DNA of 64,000 nucleotides from IMG/VR virus record IMGVR_UViG_3300028920_000001, positions 62,001 through 126,000 of that record. One strand, given 5' to 3'. A program made the translations under genes and the position numbers. This document shows, in pieces, positions 38,485-47,872 of the stretch; the stretch's first letter is position 1, and each line of letters opens with the position of its first letter. The notes beneath the pieces are model-generated. The model did not search any database and had not been told where the DNA came from. It saw nothing but the letters and a program-made list of their open reading frames with translations.

Positions 38485-39235
38485 GAAAACATCAAGTATG
38501 AGTGGGGAACATAAATTGGAACTAGACAAAGCTATACAAAAAAACAAAAACTTAATTCAAAATGGACAAAAGATGGTTGAAAAAGCCAGCGAGTCTGTTC
38601 CTCCAGATGATCAAGCAGATGTGTCTATTGGTGATAGGCAGAGTCAAACGGGGGTAGAAGTAGCAGCCGTAGAAGTTAAAGAAGCATCTCAAACTCTGAA
38701 AGAATCAGTAGAAGAACTCAAGCTGCCGATGTTATTAGCGGTAGGCATGCTTGAAAAAGTATTAGTTTGGTTAAAATTAACTACTATTATCGGCATCTTA
38801 ACTTTAGTTGTAATGGTTTATGCGGCTATTAAAATTACTATGGCTGCAAGCGTATCGGCTAGGACTAATCAGACTCAAATTGAATTAACTCAAAAACTAG
38901 AAGAAAAACTCAAAGTATCGCCTAAGCAAATACTAGATCAAATTAATAAAAAAGATGTAGAAGAAAAGGCAGAAGAAGAAATTGCAGCTGCAGAACAACC
39001 AACAATTGAAGCTGACGAACACGGGAAAGTAGCTATTGTTGTGCCGCAAAAGTTATCACCTGAAAAGAAACAAGAAATCAGAGAAAGAGTAGTTAGATTT
39101 AAACAAGAGGATAGTCATCCTCCAGTTAAAACTAAAGCTGTGAGAATCGAAGTTGATCTTGAACGGAAAAAGGTAACCGATATAAACCAACAAGAAATTG
39201 TACCACAAACTCAGTCAGCACAATCTAAAAAATAA
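38477..39235 (+). CDS. single-TM coiled-coil protein
   Basis: central TM VLVWLKLTTIIGILTLVVMVYAAI. Confidence 0.6.
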   Translation: MARKTSSMSGEHKLELDKAIQKNKNLIQNGQKMVEKASESVPPDDQADVSIGDRQSQTGVEVAAVEVKEASQTLKESVEELKLPMLLAVGMLEKVLVWLKLTTIIGILTLVVMVYAAIKITMAASVSARTNQTQIELTQKLEEKLKVSPKQILDQINKKDVEEKAEEEIAAAEQPTIEADEHGKVAIVVPQKLSPEKKQEIRERVVRFKQEDSHPPVKTKAVRIEVDLERKKVTDINQQEIVPQTQSAQSKK

Positions 39236-39236
39236 A

Positions 39237-39524
39237 CTAAGAATGCATGATAGAACGAATTTTATCTAAATTTATTCTATCTCTACAAGAACATCCGTGA
39301 GAATCTTTTAAATTATTGGCTGGCATTCCGTCTTGAATTATACATAATTTACAATATTTACATGTCCAAACAATTTCTGCTATGTCATATCTAGTTGTGG
39401 CCAAAGCCCAAGTCCAAATATGAAAATCGATAAAGATATTTTTATGGCTGGCCCGGCAAGGCTCGAACTTGCGACTTTCGGATTCAAAGTCCGACGTTCT
39501 ACCAACTGAACTACGGGCCATCAT
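39237..39524 (-). CDS. hypothetical protein with IMHS tag; frame runs through tRNA-Gln
   Basis: ends KIRSIMHS*; the only ATGs are at the tRNA 5' edge. Confidence 0.5.
   Translation of the reverse strand: MMARSSVGRTSDFESESRKFEPCRASHKNIFIDFHIWTWALATTRYDIAEIVWTCKYCKLCIIQDGMPANNLKDSHGCSCRDRINLDKIRSIMHS
39445..39520 (-). tRNA. tRNA-Gln(UUG)
   Basis: UGGCCCG/CGGGCCA, UCGGA-CUUUGAA-UCCGA, CCA encoded. Confidence 0.93.
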
Positions 39525-39525
39525 C

Positions 39526-39804
39526 TTATATTTCCATTATTGCTCGAACTTGTTTTAAGCTACGAGCTTGTTGAACTAATGGATCTATGACTTCTCGGCT
39601 AGTATTCCACCAAGAGCGCCATCCTAAGTCTTCAGGAGGCTCAACCTCAGCTAATTCAAACAATCGTTTTAAATGGTCTTTATGTACTAAACCTAGTGGA
39701 GTTCGACAATGACACCAAAGATAGCTTAATAAATCATCGTCATCTTTAAATGATTCCATATTATTCTTCTTCATCTTCATCTTCAACAGGTTCAGTAGAC
39801 TCAA
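39526..39804 (-). CDS. hypothetical protein with variant tag (IMEI)
   Basis: ends QVRAIMEI*; start probably MESFK. Confidence 0.6.
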   Translation of the reverse strand: MSLLNLLKMKMKKNNMESFKDDDDLLSYLWCHCRTPLGLVHKDHLKRLFELAEVEPPEDLGWRSWWNTSREVIDPLVQQARSLKQVRAIMEI

Positions 39805-40230
39805 CTGTTACCAACCAATCATCTTCCTCCAAAGAAGCTACTATTTCAGTCACTTCCTCCTCAGGATCTGCTTCTGGGTCCCTGAGTTCAATCGTTTTTT
39901 GAATTGTGAAAGTGACACAAAGTTTCGCCATCCGTTCGTCTCCTTAATCTGTTTTTACACCCACAGAGGCCATTATTAGAATTAAAATAGCTAACAATAC
40001 TAATGGCCAAAGGAAAATCATCCCTGTAATAACTATAAAGGTAGATTTATGATCTCTAAATACAGTTAAGTCTGGGTTATTTTGTAATTTAACAAAATAA
40101 CCCATTACCGGAATGCAAAGTAGCATTATACCCCATAACCAGATTTGAAATAAAAGCATCTTTTTACCTTATCAAGTCTTATGTCAAATTTACAATTTGA
40201 ATTATAAAATTCCCATTTAAACATCTTAAT

Positions 40231-40584
40231 ATGGAAACTGGTCCAGACACCCTAAAAAGTTGTTTAGCCTGCGGAGGGAATAATGTAGAAGATTGTCCAT
40301 GGTGCACTGATGGGTATATGGACAAAGAACAAGAACGAAAATGGAAAGTCTTTCGTCAAAAAATGAAGTCTTTATCCAAAACTTACACCTTCCTCCAAGA
40401 CATAACTAAAGAAATCATTGCGCGATTAAGAAATGTAAATAAAGTCAAACCACAACAACTAGCCGACCATGGAGAGGACTTACTTGAAAAATGGTCAGAA
40501 GCTGAAGACAGGGCTAGTTTGACTTCCGGATTATCCAAATTTAATAAAGAAGCCCTGGATTATTTAATGGATGAAAATAATTGA
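40231..40584 (+). CDS. hypothetical protein with N-terminal zinc finger
   Basis: CLACGG..CPWCTDG. Confidence 0.6.
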   Translation: METGPDTLKSCLACGGNNVEDCPWCTDGYMDKEQERKWKVFRQKMKSLSKTYTFLQDITKEIIARLRNVNKVKPQQLADHGEDLLEKWSEAEDRASLTSGLSKFNKEALDYLMDENN

Positions 40585-41090
40585 TCTTTGAGTCCAATCA
40601 TAATATTTTTAATTTCAGGCCATGAAGCAGGCTTGAAACCAAGAGCATCTACCCCAACGTCAATGGCCCCATACTGAGGAGCTCGCCTACCATGGACATG
40701 TCCATAAAGTAGCCAAGTTCTAGGGTGATGCTCTTCGTGGTTCCAAACGAAATAGTGGTTTAACCAAAGTGGCTGTCCATCAATAGCTATTTCAAGCGAT
40801 TCATGAACAGCATCCCAACCAGCACGAAATGTAGCTCGCCGGTCGTGGTTTCCCTTGATTAAAATTTTCCTTCCTTGAAGTTTGTTTAAATACCAAGCTG
40901 GAAGACTCTCATCTCGTCTAGTAAAACAAAAATCTCCAAGCATATAGATGGTATCCGAGTCTTTGACTCGCTGATTCCAATTTCGGATAATTGTTTCATC
41001 CATTTCTCTTGAATTGCGAAATGGACGATTACAATACTTAATGATGTTTGCATGATTTAAATGCAAATCAGATGTAAACCAAATGGTCAT
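40560..41090 (-). CDS. calcineurin-like metallophosphoesterase (phage type)
   Basis: WFTSDLHLNH, LGDF, GNHD, LYGHVH, DVGVD. Confidence 0.9.
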   Translation of the reverse strand: MTIWFTSDLHLNHANIIKYCNRPFRNSREMDETIIRNWNQRVKDSDTIYMLGDFCFTRRDESLPAWYLNKLQGRKILIKGNHDRRATFRAGWDAVHESLEIAIDGQPLWLNHYFVWNHEEHHPRTWLLYGHVHGRRAPQYGAIDVGVDALGFKPASWPEIKNIMIGLKDQLFSSIK

Positions 41091-41120
41091 ATTTTGTTTC
41101 TATTTCCTTTATTGTTATGA

Positions 41121-41402
41121 TTAACTCAACATTATTTCTGTAATGTTAAGATGATCTAAAAATTCTTGTTCGTTTAGTCCGGTTTCGAAGAAAACATTGT
41201 GCAACAGGATTTTGGCTTTGTTTGGATTCCTGTTTTTTAGTTCTTCTAGCCCTAAACGTAAGGCTTTTACAACATTGGCTGGATTGCTTGCGAGTTCTTT
41301 GGAAACGTCTTTGAATAAATGTGCGCTGTACTTGATAAGGATTTGGAATTGAATTACTAAATTGGTAACGCTTATGCGGTTTTGGTTGGATCTGGAGGAC
41401 AT
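41121..41402 (-). CDS. hypothetical protein with C-terminal IMLS tag
   Basis: ends NITEIMLS*; start uncertain. Confidence 0.55.
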   Translation of the reverse strand: MSSRSNQNRISVTNLVIQFQILIKYSAHLFKDVSKELASNPANVVKALRLGLEELKNRNPNKAKILLHNVFFETGLNEQEFLDHLNITEIMLS

Positions 41403-41706
41403 GATCAGGAATCCCGTACTGTTTAAGATTTAAACGATAGAAAAATAAATATATTTCTGCTTGTCTAAATCTCTCTTCAATTTTAGCTGGTAATTTAGGT
41501 CTTCGTCCTCGAGGAATCTCAATTGTAATTATTGATTTAGGTTCAGAATAATCACTGTAATTATCTGGGTAACGAATAGAATAAATTTCAGGCCATAATT
41601 CTGTAGGATTAGCGGTGGTGGTGCATTTACTTCGATAAGTCCAAAAGAAATATTGACCACAAGGAGTGGTGGTATCATTTTCCGAATAATGATCGAAAGC
41701 TGCCAT
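41146..41706 (-). CDS. hypothetical protein (3' part overlaps the IMLS ORF)
   Basis: coupled to upstream stop at 41706; true 3' end uncertain. Confidence 0.45.
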   Translation of the reverse strand: MAAFDHYSENDTTTPCGQYFFWTYRSKCTTTANPTELWPEIYSIRYPDNYSDYSEPKSIITIEIPRGRRPKLPAKIEERFRQAEIYLFFYRLNLKQYGIPDHVLQIQPKPHKRYQFSNSIPNPYQVQRTFIQRRFQRTRKQSSQCCKSLTFRARRTKKQESKQSQNPVAQCFLRNRTKRTRIFRSS

Positions 41707-42032
41707 TATGATTGCATAATTTTGGCTATATCGAATTCACGTTTGGAAATAAACCTAAGATCTGATTCATTTAATAACACATAATGTGCTTGATAAGAAA
41801 CAGTTGGAACTAATACATGAATACGATAGCGATGTTCCACAGGAGTGACTTGAGTACCATTTATATTAAACATGGGAAAAGATGCTATATGTACGGGTTC
41901 GCCACTGGGCGAACTATGAGTAACTCGCCCGTAGCAACCTTTTGCTTTTGATTTAATAATTTCTACGTATCGACATTTATTTTCAGCATTAGACATTAAG
42001 TAATTTTCCGCAAGTTCCTCTTCCCAATTCAA
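41706..42032 (-). CDS. hypothetical protein with C-terminal IMQS tag
   Basis: ends DIAKIMQS*. Confidence 0.7.
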   Translation of the reverse strand: MNWEEELAENYLMSNAENKCRYVEIIKSKAKGCYGRVTHSSPSGEPVHIASFPMFNINGTQVTPVEHRYRIHVLVPTVSYQAHYVLLNESDLRFISKREFDIAKIMQS

Positions 42033-42618
42033 GGGCGGCTTTCATTTTCATTCCAACAGTAACTACTCGATAGTGAAGTGTGCTCTTTGGAATATTATAC
42101 AATCTGGCCCAATCCACCAAACACTTCTTTTCTCCATCTACTTCATAAAAAGTGTTATTGACTCGATTCCGATTGCACTGATCTAATGTTGCCCAATAAG
42201 TGTTGCTTGGAGTAAAGTCTCTGTTCTTATTTAACCGACTTAAACGATGCTTTGGGCTTGGCCGTTCACCCATGTCTTTTAAGAAATTCTGAAATCCGTC
42301 ATTCCCTCTCCAACGCTTACATACTTTAATCCCATAGTATCCAACGTAAATCCAGGAAGAGGTATCTGGATTATAGCAATTACCAATCATGCTTCTCCAA
42401 GCCAAATAGGTTGGAGTTCCAGTAGACCCATGCTTAAAATTAGATTGTGCGATTCGCTCGAGTCTTAAACAACCACAAGATTGGGTCTGTCCAGATAGCA
42501 AATTCGAAGCCGAAACAGTTTTCAGCACCCCACATTGACACTTGACGCGACACGTGGTTCTCCCGTTGATTTGGACTTCCAATACGGTCAAACGGCCGAA
42601 TACCTGTCCTTCTTTCAT
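41989..42618 (-). mobile_element. phage HNH-type homing endonuclease homolog (nuclease motif looks degenerate)
   Basis: FGRLTVL..CRVKCQCG..GQTQSCGCL..HG..TYLAWRSM..GIKVCKRW..F.NFLKDMGERP; expected IDRIDN..N..CRWAT appears as LSRLNK..F..TYWAT. Confidence 0.75.
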
Positions 42619-42654
42619 GCAGACCTCCTAAAATTTTATTTTGGTTAGATCAAT

Positions 42655-43209
42655 ATGGAACCTACTGAACTGTCTTCTCAGCTTCGTCAGATTGCAGACT
42701 TTATTGATTCTGAAGAGAAACCAGATAAAACAACTGTTGCTAGTAAAATTAAGACCACTATTGCTGCTTTAGGTCCTGAGTCAATTTCACCTTTGTCATC
42801 AGTAGTAGCTGGCCTTAGAGCAGCTCGATTTCTTACCCATACCTATCATTGGGTAACTACCGGACCTCAATTTTATGGTGATCATCTTTTACTTCAAAGA
42901 ATTTATGAAGGTACAGAATTTGATAACGTAGCTGAAAAAACTGTGGCTTATGAAGGATCCGTAGATCCAATCCAACAAGTACAAGCTGTATCTAACTTAA
43001 TTGCTAAATATGGATCCCAATCTGATGATCCTGAATCATTATTGGCATCTGCCTTAGACATTGAAAAAGCTGTAATTGAAATCATTGCTCAAGCTAAGAA
43101 CCAACTCGAGCAAAGTGGTCAGTTAACTGATGGAATTGATAATATGCTCCAAGGTATTGCTGACGGCCATGAAACCTTCGTTTATTTGCTACAACAAAGA
43201 TTGAAGTAA
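42655..43209 (+). CDS. ferritin/Dps-like protein with type-B N-terminal leader
   Basis: THTYHWVTTGPQFYGDHLLLQRIYE...IDNMLQGIADGHETFVYLL. Confidence 0.75.
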   Translation: MEPTELSSQLRQIADFIDSEEKPDKTTVASKIKTTIAALGPESISPLSSVVAGLRAARFLTHTYHWVTTGPQFYGDHLLLQRIYEGTEFDNVAEKTVAYEGSVDPIQQVQAVSNLIAKYGSQSDDPESLLASALDIEKAVIEIIAQAKNQLEQSGQLTDGIDNMLQGIADGHETFVYLLQQRLK

Positions 43210-43472
43210 ATTGTAAGTTAGTGAGTGGACTACAGTAAATTAATAGAACTTCGTTCTGTCAAATATCAAATTTCCCGTACTTGTGGCTTATGTCAGCACG
43301 GGGAATTTATTGATGGGGAATGGGGAACTTGTTTAGTTAGTGGTTATTCTCCACTAAAACACCGACAACAAGGTAAGAAATGTAAAATCAATAAATTCGG
43401 TAGCTGCAATAAATTCAGATTTGATACTAAATCATATCTTCAGCTTGGGGAATTTGTAGAATTCTTAAATAG

Positions 43473-43545
43473 AGCTGCTGATAGGACTTGAACCTACAAC
43501 CGGAGCTTTACAAAAGCCCTGTTCTACCAATTGAACTACAGCAGC
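43473..43545 (-). tRNA. tRNA-Thr(UGU)
   Basis: GCUGCUG/CAGCAGC, loop UU-UGU-AA. Confidence 0.9.
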
Positions 43546-43550
43546 ATGAA

Positions 43551-43811
43551 CTACAGTGGCTTAAATTCGCCATTTTCGTATTTGTATGTTCTGCCTTCTT
43601 CGAAAGATTTACTTCGAATAGCGGTATAATAGTCTTCTATGGTCCCTGGACAACCCAATCTTTGCCATTCTTTCTTAGAAATATAAATAATAGTACAAGG
43701 CAGCCTAGGACCAGTAGTGTTATGATTAGCCCAGGGACAACAGGTATGACATTCGCATCCCCGATTATGTAGTGCAATATTTTGCCACTCAGCTTGATTA
43801 TTGATAATCAT
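43551..43811 (-). CDS. hypothetical protein
   Basis: 86-aa ORF. Confidence 0.5.
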   Translation of the reverse strand: MIINNQAEWQNIALHNRGCECHTCCPWANHNTTGPRLPCTIIYISKKEWQRLGCPGTIEDYYTAIRSKSFEEGRTYKYENGEFKPL

Positions 43812-43815
43812 ATCA

Positions 43816-44235
43816 TTACCACGCTACCATAATTTCAGCAACGTCAGCCAATGAATTGAGTAAATATTGATTTGCTCCCTGAATATTATTAGCAAAGATT
43901 CTCATAATATCCGGGTCGCCACTATAAATTACAAGTCGCTGAAGGCGATTAATATTTGCTTCTTTCACGTCTCGAGCAAAAGCATAAGCAACATATGGAT
44001 TATTAGATCTAATTATAATCCGCTGGAGTTTCTTTATATCAACATCTTGGCGACTCTGCCACTCTTTGGCAAAAGCCCAAGCTCCCCAAGCTGGATCATA
44101 GTTGTGTCCTCTACGAAAATATCGGGGATTGGTACTCCACCCTGGGCAGGGCCACATCCAGTGCTCTGCATCTAATTTCAAGACAGCCTGATACTGACGC
44201 TTCAGACGCCTAGTAAGCCGCGCTTTTTTGGCCAT
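43816..44235 (-). CDS. hypothetical protein with short internal repeats, variant tag (IMVAW)
   Basis: YAFARDV..A.I..LQ repeats; ends VAEIMVAW*. Confidence 0.65.
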   Translation of the reverse strand: MAKKARLTRRLKRQYQAVLKLDAEHWMWPCPGWSTNPRYFRRGHNYDPAWGAWAFAKEWQSRQDVDIKKLQRIIIRSNNPYVAYAFARDVKEANINRLQRLVIYSGDPDIMRIFANNIQGANQYLLNSLADVAEIMVAW

Positions 44236-44368
44236 GACATACTCTCCACCTATGAAACCGGAACTGGGTTAGCTTCATATGTGGAAATGCTTGAGCATGA
44301 CCAATAATTAATTTTACACCAACACGGTATTGGTTTACAATGGTACATTTTTGATATAGGATCTAGAT

Positions 44369-44914
44369 ATGGATCTAGATAAGATTGCAACTCGAATTGC
44401 TACAAATTCAGATGACCCAATATTGGACTTAAAAGGCCCATTTAAAGCAGATACACATGATTGGACTAACAGCGGAGGTATAGAAATACTAGATGCTGAA
44501 TTAATTATAAATAATCCCGATTTTTTTAAGGTAGATACTAAAAAACTGAAAGCCATGGAAAAAGCTTCAGCTTGGTATGCCAAACAATATGAAAATGATC
44601 CAAATTGGACTATCGACAAATTGATTGGGGTACGAGAGCCTTATGACATAGTAGTTGAATTTGACGTAACCAGTTCTAAAATAAATAGTTTGGATGATTT
44701 TAATTGGAGTGTTATAAATATTGCTGGTGTAGATTTAACCGAAGAAGATGCTAAACGTACGCATGACCTTCTCCAAAAAGAAATACCGGAAACTTTATTA
44801 GACAAAGCTAAAGAATATATAAGTGAACCCGAAGAAGACTTTAATGAACCAGATCCTGATTGGGGGTACACCACTGATCGGGATTACCCACCTTATGGAT
44901 ATTCACCGGATTAA
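44369..44914 (+). CDS. acidic protein with type-A N-terminal leader
   Basis: begins MDLDKIATRIAT..DP.LDLKGPF. Confidence 0.75.
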   Translation: MDLDKIATRIATNSDDPILDLKGPFKADTHDWTNSGGIEILDAELIINNPDFFKVDTKKLKAMEKASAWYAKQYENDPNWTIDKLIGVREPYDIVVEFDVTSSKINSLDDFNWSVINIAGVDLTEEDAKRTHDLLQKEIPETLLDKAKEYISEPEEDFNEPDPDWGYTTDRDYPPYGYSPD

Positions 44915-44919
44915 AGAAA

Positions 44920-45423
44920 ATGAACCTCAACAAAATAGCAGCCCGCATGACTGAACCGCTTGATTTGAGCGGACCATTTGAGATTATAGATAATACTGAC
45001 AATTATGTTAAAGTAGAAGTTACTAATGTTGAAGTTCCGGCCAATTTAGCGGCTAAATTACAAGAATACTATTCCTCTAGAGGAATCAAAGGAGAAGATT
45101 CCCCGCTACAAACTCAAGGGGGGAAGTCCATCCTGAAGCAAGGAAAGATTTTATTAGATAAAGATTGGATTGTCCCGGGATATGAACCGGAGGATCTTGC
45201 GGCAGGGATTAGAGGTGGAATGGTCATAGAAGAACATGAAGTTAATGGTATTGAAAATATCCTTTTTACCAATCCGAAAGACGTTGAAAAAGCTACTCAA
45301 TTCTTCCTCGAAGACGTCTTAGCTAAAGACGAAGAAATTCTAAAAACTATCGGTGCAGATCAACCAGAAAAAGAACCAGACTACGACTATGAACCACCTT
45401 CTGAAGAATATCCGGAATGGTGA
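44920..45423 (+). CDS. acidic protein with type-A N-terminal leader (paralog-like)
   Basis: begins MNLNKIAARMTEPLDLSGPF; acidic EPDYDY tail. Confidence 0.75.
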   Translation: MNLNKIAARMTEPLDLSGPFEIIDNTDNYVKVEVTNVEVPANLAAKLQEYYSSRGIKGEDSPLQTQGGKSILKQGKILLDKDWIVPGYEPEDLAAGIRGGMVIEEHEVNGIENILFTNPKDVEKATQFFLEDVLAKDEEILKTIGADQPEKEPDYDYEPPSEEYPEW

Positions 45424-45770
45424 ATTTATCTAGAATCGCTGCCAAAATAGCAGCATTACATTTAGAAGGTCCTTTTCGTCAAGCCAATGAAAATGAATTG
45501 GCAAATGCCGTTAGTTTTGAAGTTCCCGATCTCGAATTAGATAATGAAGAATTTGCTAAACCATTAAATATTAGTATTAAGATCCAGCAGTATCATGAAG
45601 ATGCCGATTCTGAAGTCGGATTTGAAGGCAGGGATGATATTCAAGAGTTTACTCCAGTAGCTGTAAATGGAATGATGCTTGAAAATCAACAAGACAAAAA
45701 TGCTTTACATCGAGCCATTTACAAATATGTGATGGACCATGAAAAAAGATTGGTCAAAGCTGTAAATTAA
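45417..45770 (+). CDS. acidic protein with type-A N-terminal leader (paralog-like)
   Basis: begins MVNLSRIAAKIAALHLEGPF. Confidence 0.7.
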   Translation: MVNLSRIAAKIAALHLEGPFRQANENELANAVSFEVPDLELDNEEFAKPLNISIKIQQYHEDADSEVGFEGRDDIQEFTPVAVNGMMLENQQDKNALHRAIYKYVMDHEKRLVKAVN

Positions 45771-45774
45771 TATA

Positions 45775-45999
45775 ATGCCTAAGAAGAGTGGAAATTATTT
45801 AAATGCTGTAGATTGTTGTAAAGAAAAGGGATACGATAAAGGTACTATTTTAGTTTCTACTTCCTGGAATAAGCCTCGAGCTATTGTAGAAATTGATTTT
45901 GCTGGAGTCTGGATGCAGCATATTATAGGCAACCGACGTAGCAGTCAAACTTATGTTAAACGATTTCCACTGGATGTGACTACTATCAATGGCGATTAG
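45775..45999 (+). CDS. hypothetical protein
   Basis: 74-aa ORF. Confidence 0.55.
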   Translation: MPKKSGNYLNAVDCCKEKGYDKGTILVSTSWNKPRAIVEIDFAGVWMQHIIGNRRSSQTYVKRFPLDVTTINGD

Positions 46000-46267
46000 A
46001 CCGTTCTATGAATCAATCATGATTGCAGAAGATAGACGCATCATGCGTATAATTGATGCAACCTGGGAACATCATGCCATTATTAGAGATGGGACGGTAT
46101 ACTTAATAATCGGTTATGATGGTAGTGGATCGGATTTAAAAATAGCAATTGATGAGGTTGCGTTTAGTGATAGTGAACTAATTTCGCTCATAAATGGCCC
46201 AATTTCCACAGAAGCTCAAGCAATCGTTGATAACTTGAACAAAATTTCTAAAATCATGAATTCATAA
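45989..46267 (+). CDS. hypothetical protein with C-terminal IMNS tag
   Basis: ends KISKIMNS*. Confidence 0.7.
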   Translation: MAIRPFYESIMIAEDRRIMRIIDATWEHHAIIRDGTVYLIIGYDGSGSDLKIAIDEVAFSDSELISLINGPISTEAQAIVDNLNKISKIMNS

Positions 46268-46496
46268 CTTCCTTCACAATTTCCATCGGGTATGCGTCCA
46301 TCACTCGTTTAAAACAATAACCAAAACATGAATCCCAAGGTCCGGGATCAGCACGCACTTTTTCAACAATCCGGCCCATTTCACAAATTGCAACAAATTC
46401 CAGGGCTTCGAGTAGAGTTGGCTTCTTACAAGCTTTTCTTATAGAATCTTCAATATTGTGATATAATTTTAAAAATTCGGTGGCATTAGTTGTCAT
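46254..46496 (-). CDS. hypothetical protein with C-terminal VMNS tag
   Basis: ends IVKEVMNS*. Confidence 0.7.
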   Translation of the reverse strand: MTTNATEFLKLYHNIEDSIRKACKKPTLLEALEFVAICEMGRIVEKVRADPGPWDSCFGYCFKRVMDAYPMEIVKEVMNS

Positions 46497-46978
46497 TCTA
46501 AATCATACACTGTGACAGGAACTTGGATTTCTTTAGATATAATTTCTTCAATACGGCTCCAATCACCTCCAGCAAGTCCAGCTCCCATTCGGGGCATATG
46601 TATACTGGCATCATATAATCTGGCCTGAAGATTCACCTTTAGTAAACCATTTTGGATAGCCTCATATCGGATAGGGGCTTTATTATTTGCTCTTCGAACT
46701 CCATGTTGACCAATCAGATTTGCCACCCATAATTCGGGTTCAACTTCTATAAATTGGACACTTCCTAAGGTAAATTTACCAATAGCTTGAACTTTGCCAT
46801 TCAGCATTCGTCCGGTTCTAAACCAAAGACGATAGGCGTTTTCCGTATCCGGCCAACGCCGAGTTAAAGCTTTAACAAATCCTCGGCCCCATCTCCCTTC
46901 ATCATTACAACAATGGGTAATGATTTTAGGGCCTTCTCCTTGAGGCCGAGTGGCATCGCCTTTAATATAATTAATCAT
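46493..46978 (-). CDS. macro domain protein (Poa1p/DarG-like ADP-ribose hydrolase family)
   Basis: YIKGDAT, HCCNDEGRWGRGF, VANLIGQ, IHMPRMGAGLAGGDW. Confidence 0.88.
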   Translation of the reverse strand: MINYIKGDATRPQGEGPKIITHCCNDEGRWGRGFVKALTRRWPDTENAYRLWFRTGRMLNGKVQAIGKFTLGSVQFIEVEPELWVANLIGQHGVRRANNKAPIRYEAIQNGLLKVNLQARLYDASIHMPRMGAGLAGGDWSRIEEIISKEIQVPVTVYDLE

Positions 46979-47001
46979 AAGATCCTCGGTTAAACATTAC
47001 A

Positions 47002-47088
47002 TGGCGGAGGGCAGTGGTCTCGATCCACACGGTGTGACCCGCAGACTGCTTAGCAGGCAGCTCCAGTCCCTGACATGGTTTACCCTCC
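47002..47088 (-). tRNA. tRNA-Ser(GCU)
   Basis: loop CU-GCU-AA, long variable arm, CCA encoded. Confidence 0.88.
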
Positions 47089-47107
47089 AAACTAGTTTAC
47101 TTCTTGC

Positions 47108-47195
47108 TAGCGGAAGGCGGAGGTCACGATCCTCACGGTGTTACCCGCACACTGGTTTCGAATCAGGTCCCGGTCCAATCCTGGGTTCACCTTCC
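47108..47195 (-). tRNA. tRNA-Ser(CGA)
   Basis: loop UU-CGA-AA, long variable arm. Confidence 0.85.
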
Positions 47196-47599
47196 AACTG
47201 TTCTTTTTCAGACAGACGAGCCTTCTGCTCCTGCCGAGTTTGATGTACAAAGGAATTTTTATTACCGTTTGCCTTCCAGTATTTACACATCAAGCAACCG
47301 GCTCTACGATTCTTAGGACGACCGCGCTTGTGATTCATGAAATCCTCCTGCCGGCGCTACCGGCTTGGATGTGATTTCATGTCCGCGCGTAATCATATTT
47401 ACCTTTAGGGAGATGGCCAGCGTCTCCAGGCGAATCAACCTATACAGAATGGGTAATAAAAGGGGAGGCCAAACCCTTTCATCATTCCAAACTAAAGATT
47501 GAAAGCCGGTTGCCCCATTCGCAAGCGAATGCATGATCCAGGCGGAGACGTGAGTTCCTGAATGGACAACCCTGCTCGAGCATCGTTCCAATTTTACAA

Positions 47600-47687
47600 T
47601 AGCGGAGGGTAGAGGTCACGATCCCCAATGCTTTCGCATCGCACTGTGTTCAAAGCAGGCTCCGGCCCATGCCAGGATTTACCCTCC
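47600..47687 (-). tRNA. tRNA-Ser(UGA)
   Basis: loop UU-UGA-AC, long variable arm GAUGC-GAAA-GCAUU. Confidence 0.85.
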
Positions 47688-47690
47688 AAG

Positions 47691-47778
47691 TGGCGGAAGG
47701 CGGAGGTCACGATCCCCAATGCTTTCGCATCACATCGCTTTCCAAGCGAGTCCGGGCCCTGCCAACGGTTCACCTTCC
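47691..47778 (-). tRNA. tRNA-Ser(GGA)
   Basis: loop UU-GGA-AA, long variable arm, CCA encoded. Confidence 0.88.
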
Positions 47779-47780
47779 AG

Positions 47781-47858
47781 TAGTACGGAGGGCGGGATTC
47801 GAACCCGCACTGTCTAGCATCTCGGGCTAGTGCCTCTGCCTAGTTGGGCTACCTCCGC
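47781..47858 (-). tRNA. tRNA-Leu(GAG), short variable loop
   Basis: CUAGC-CCGAGAU-GCUAG, variable ACAGU. Confidence 0.85.
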
Positions 47859-47872
47859 ATGTAAAGTATGAT

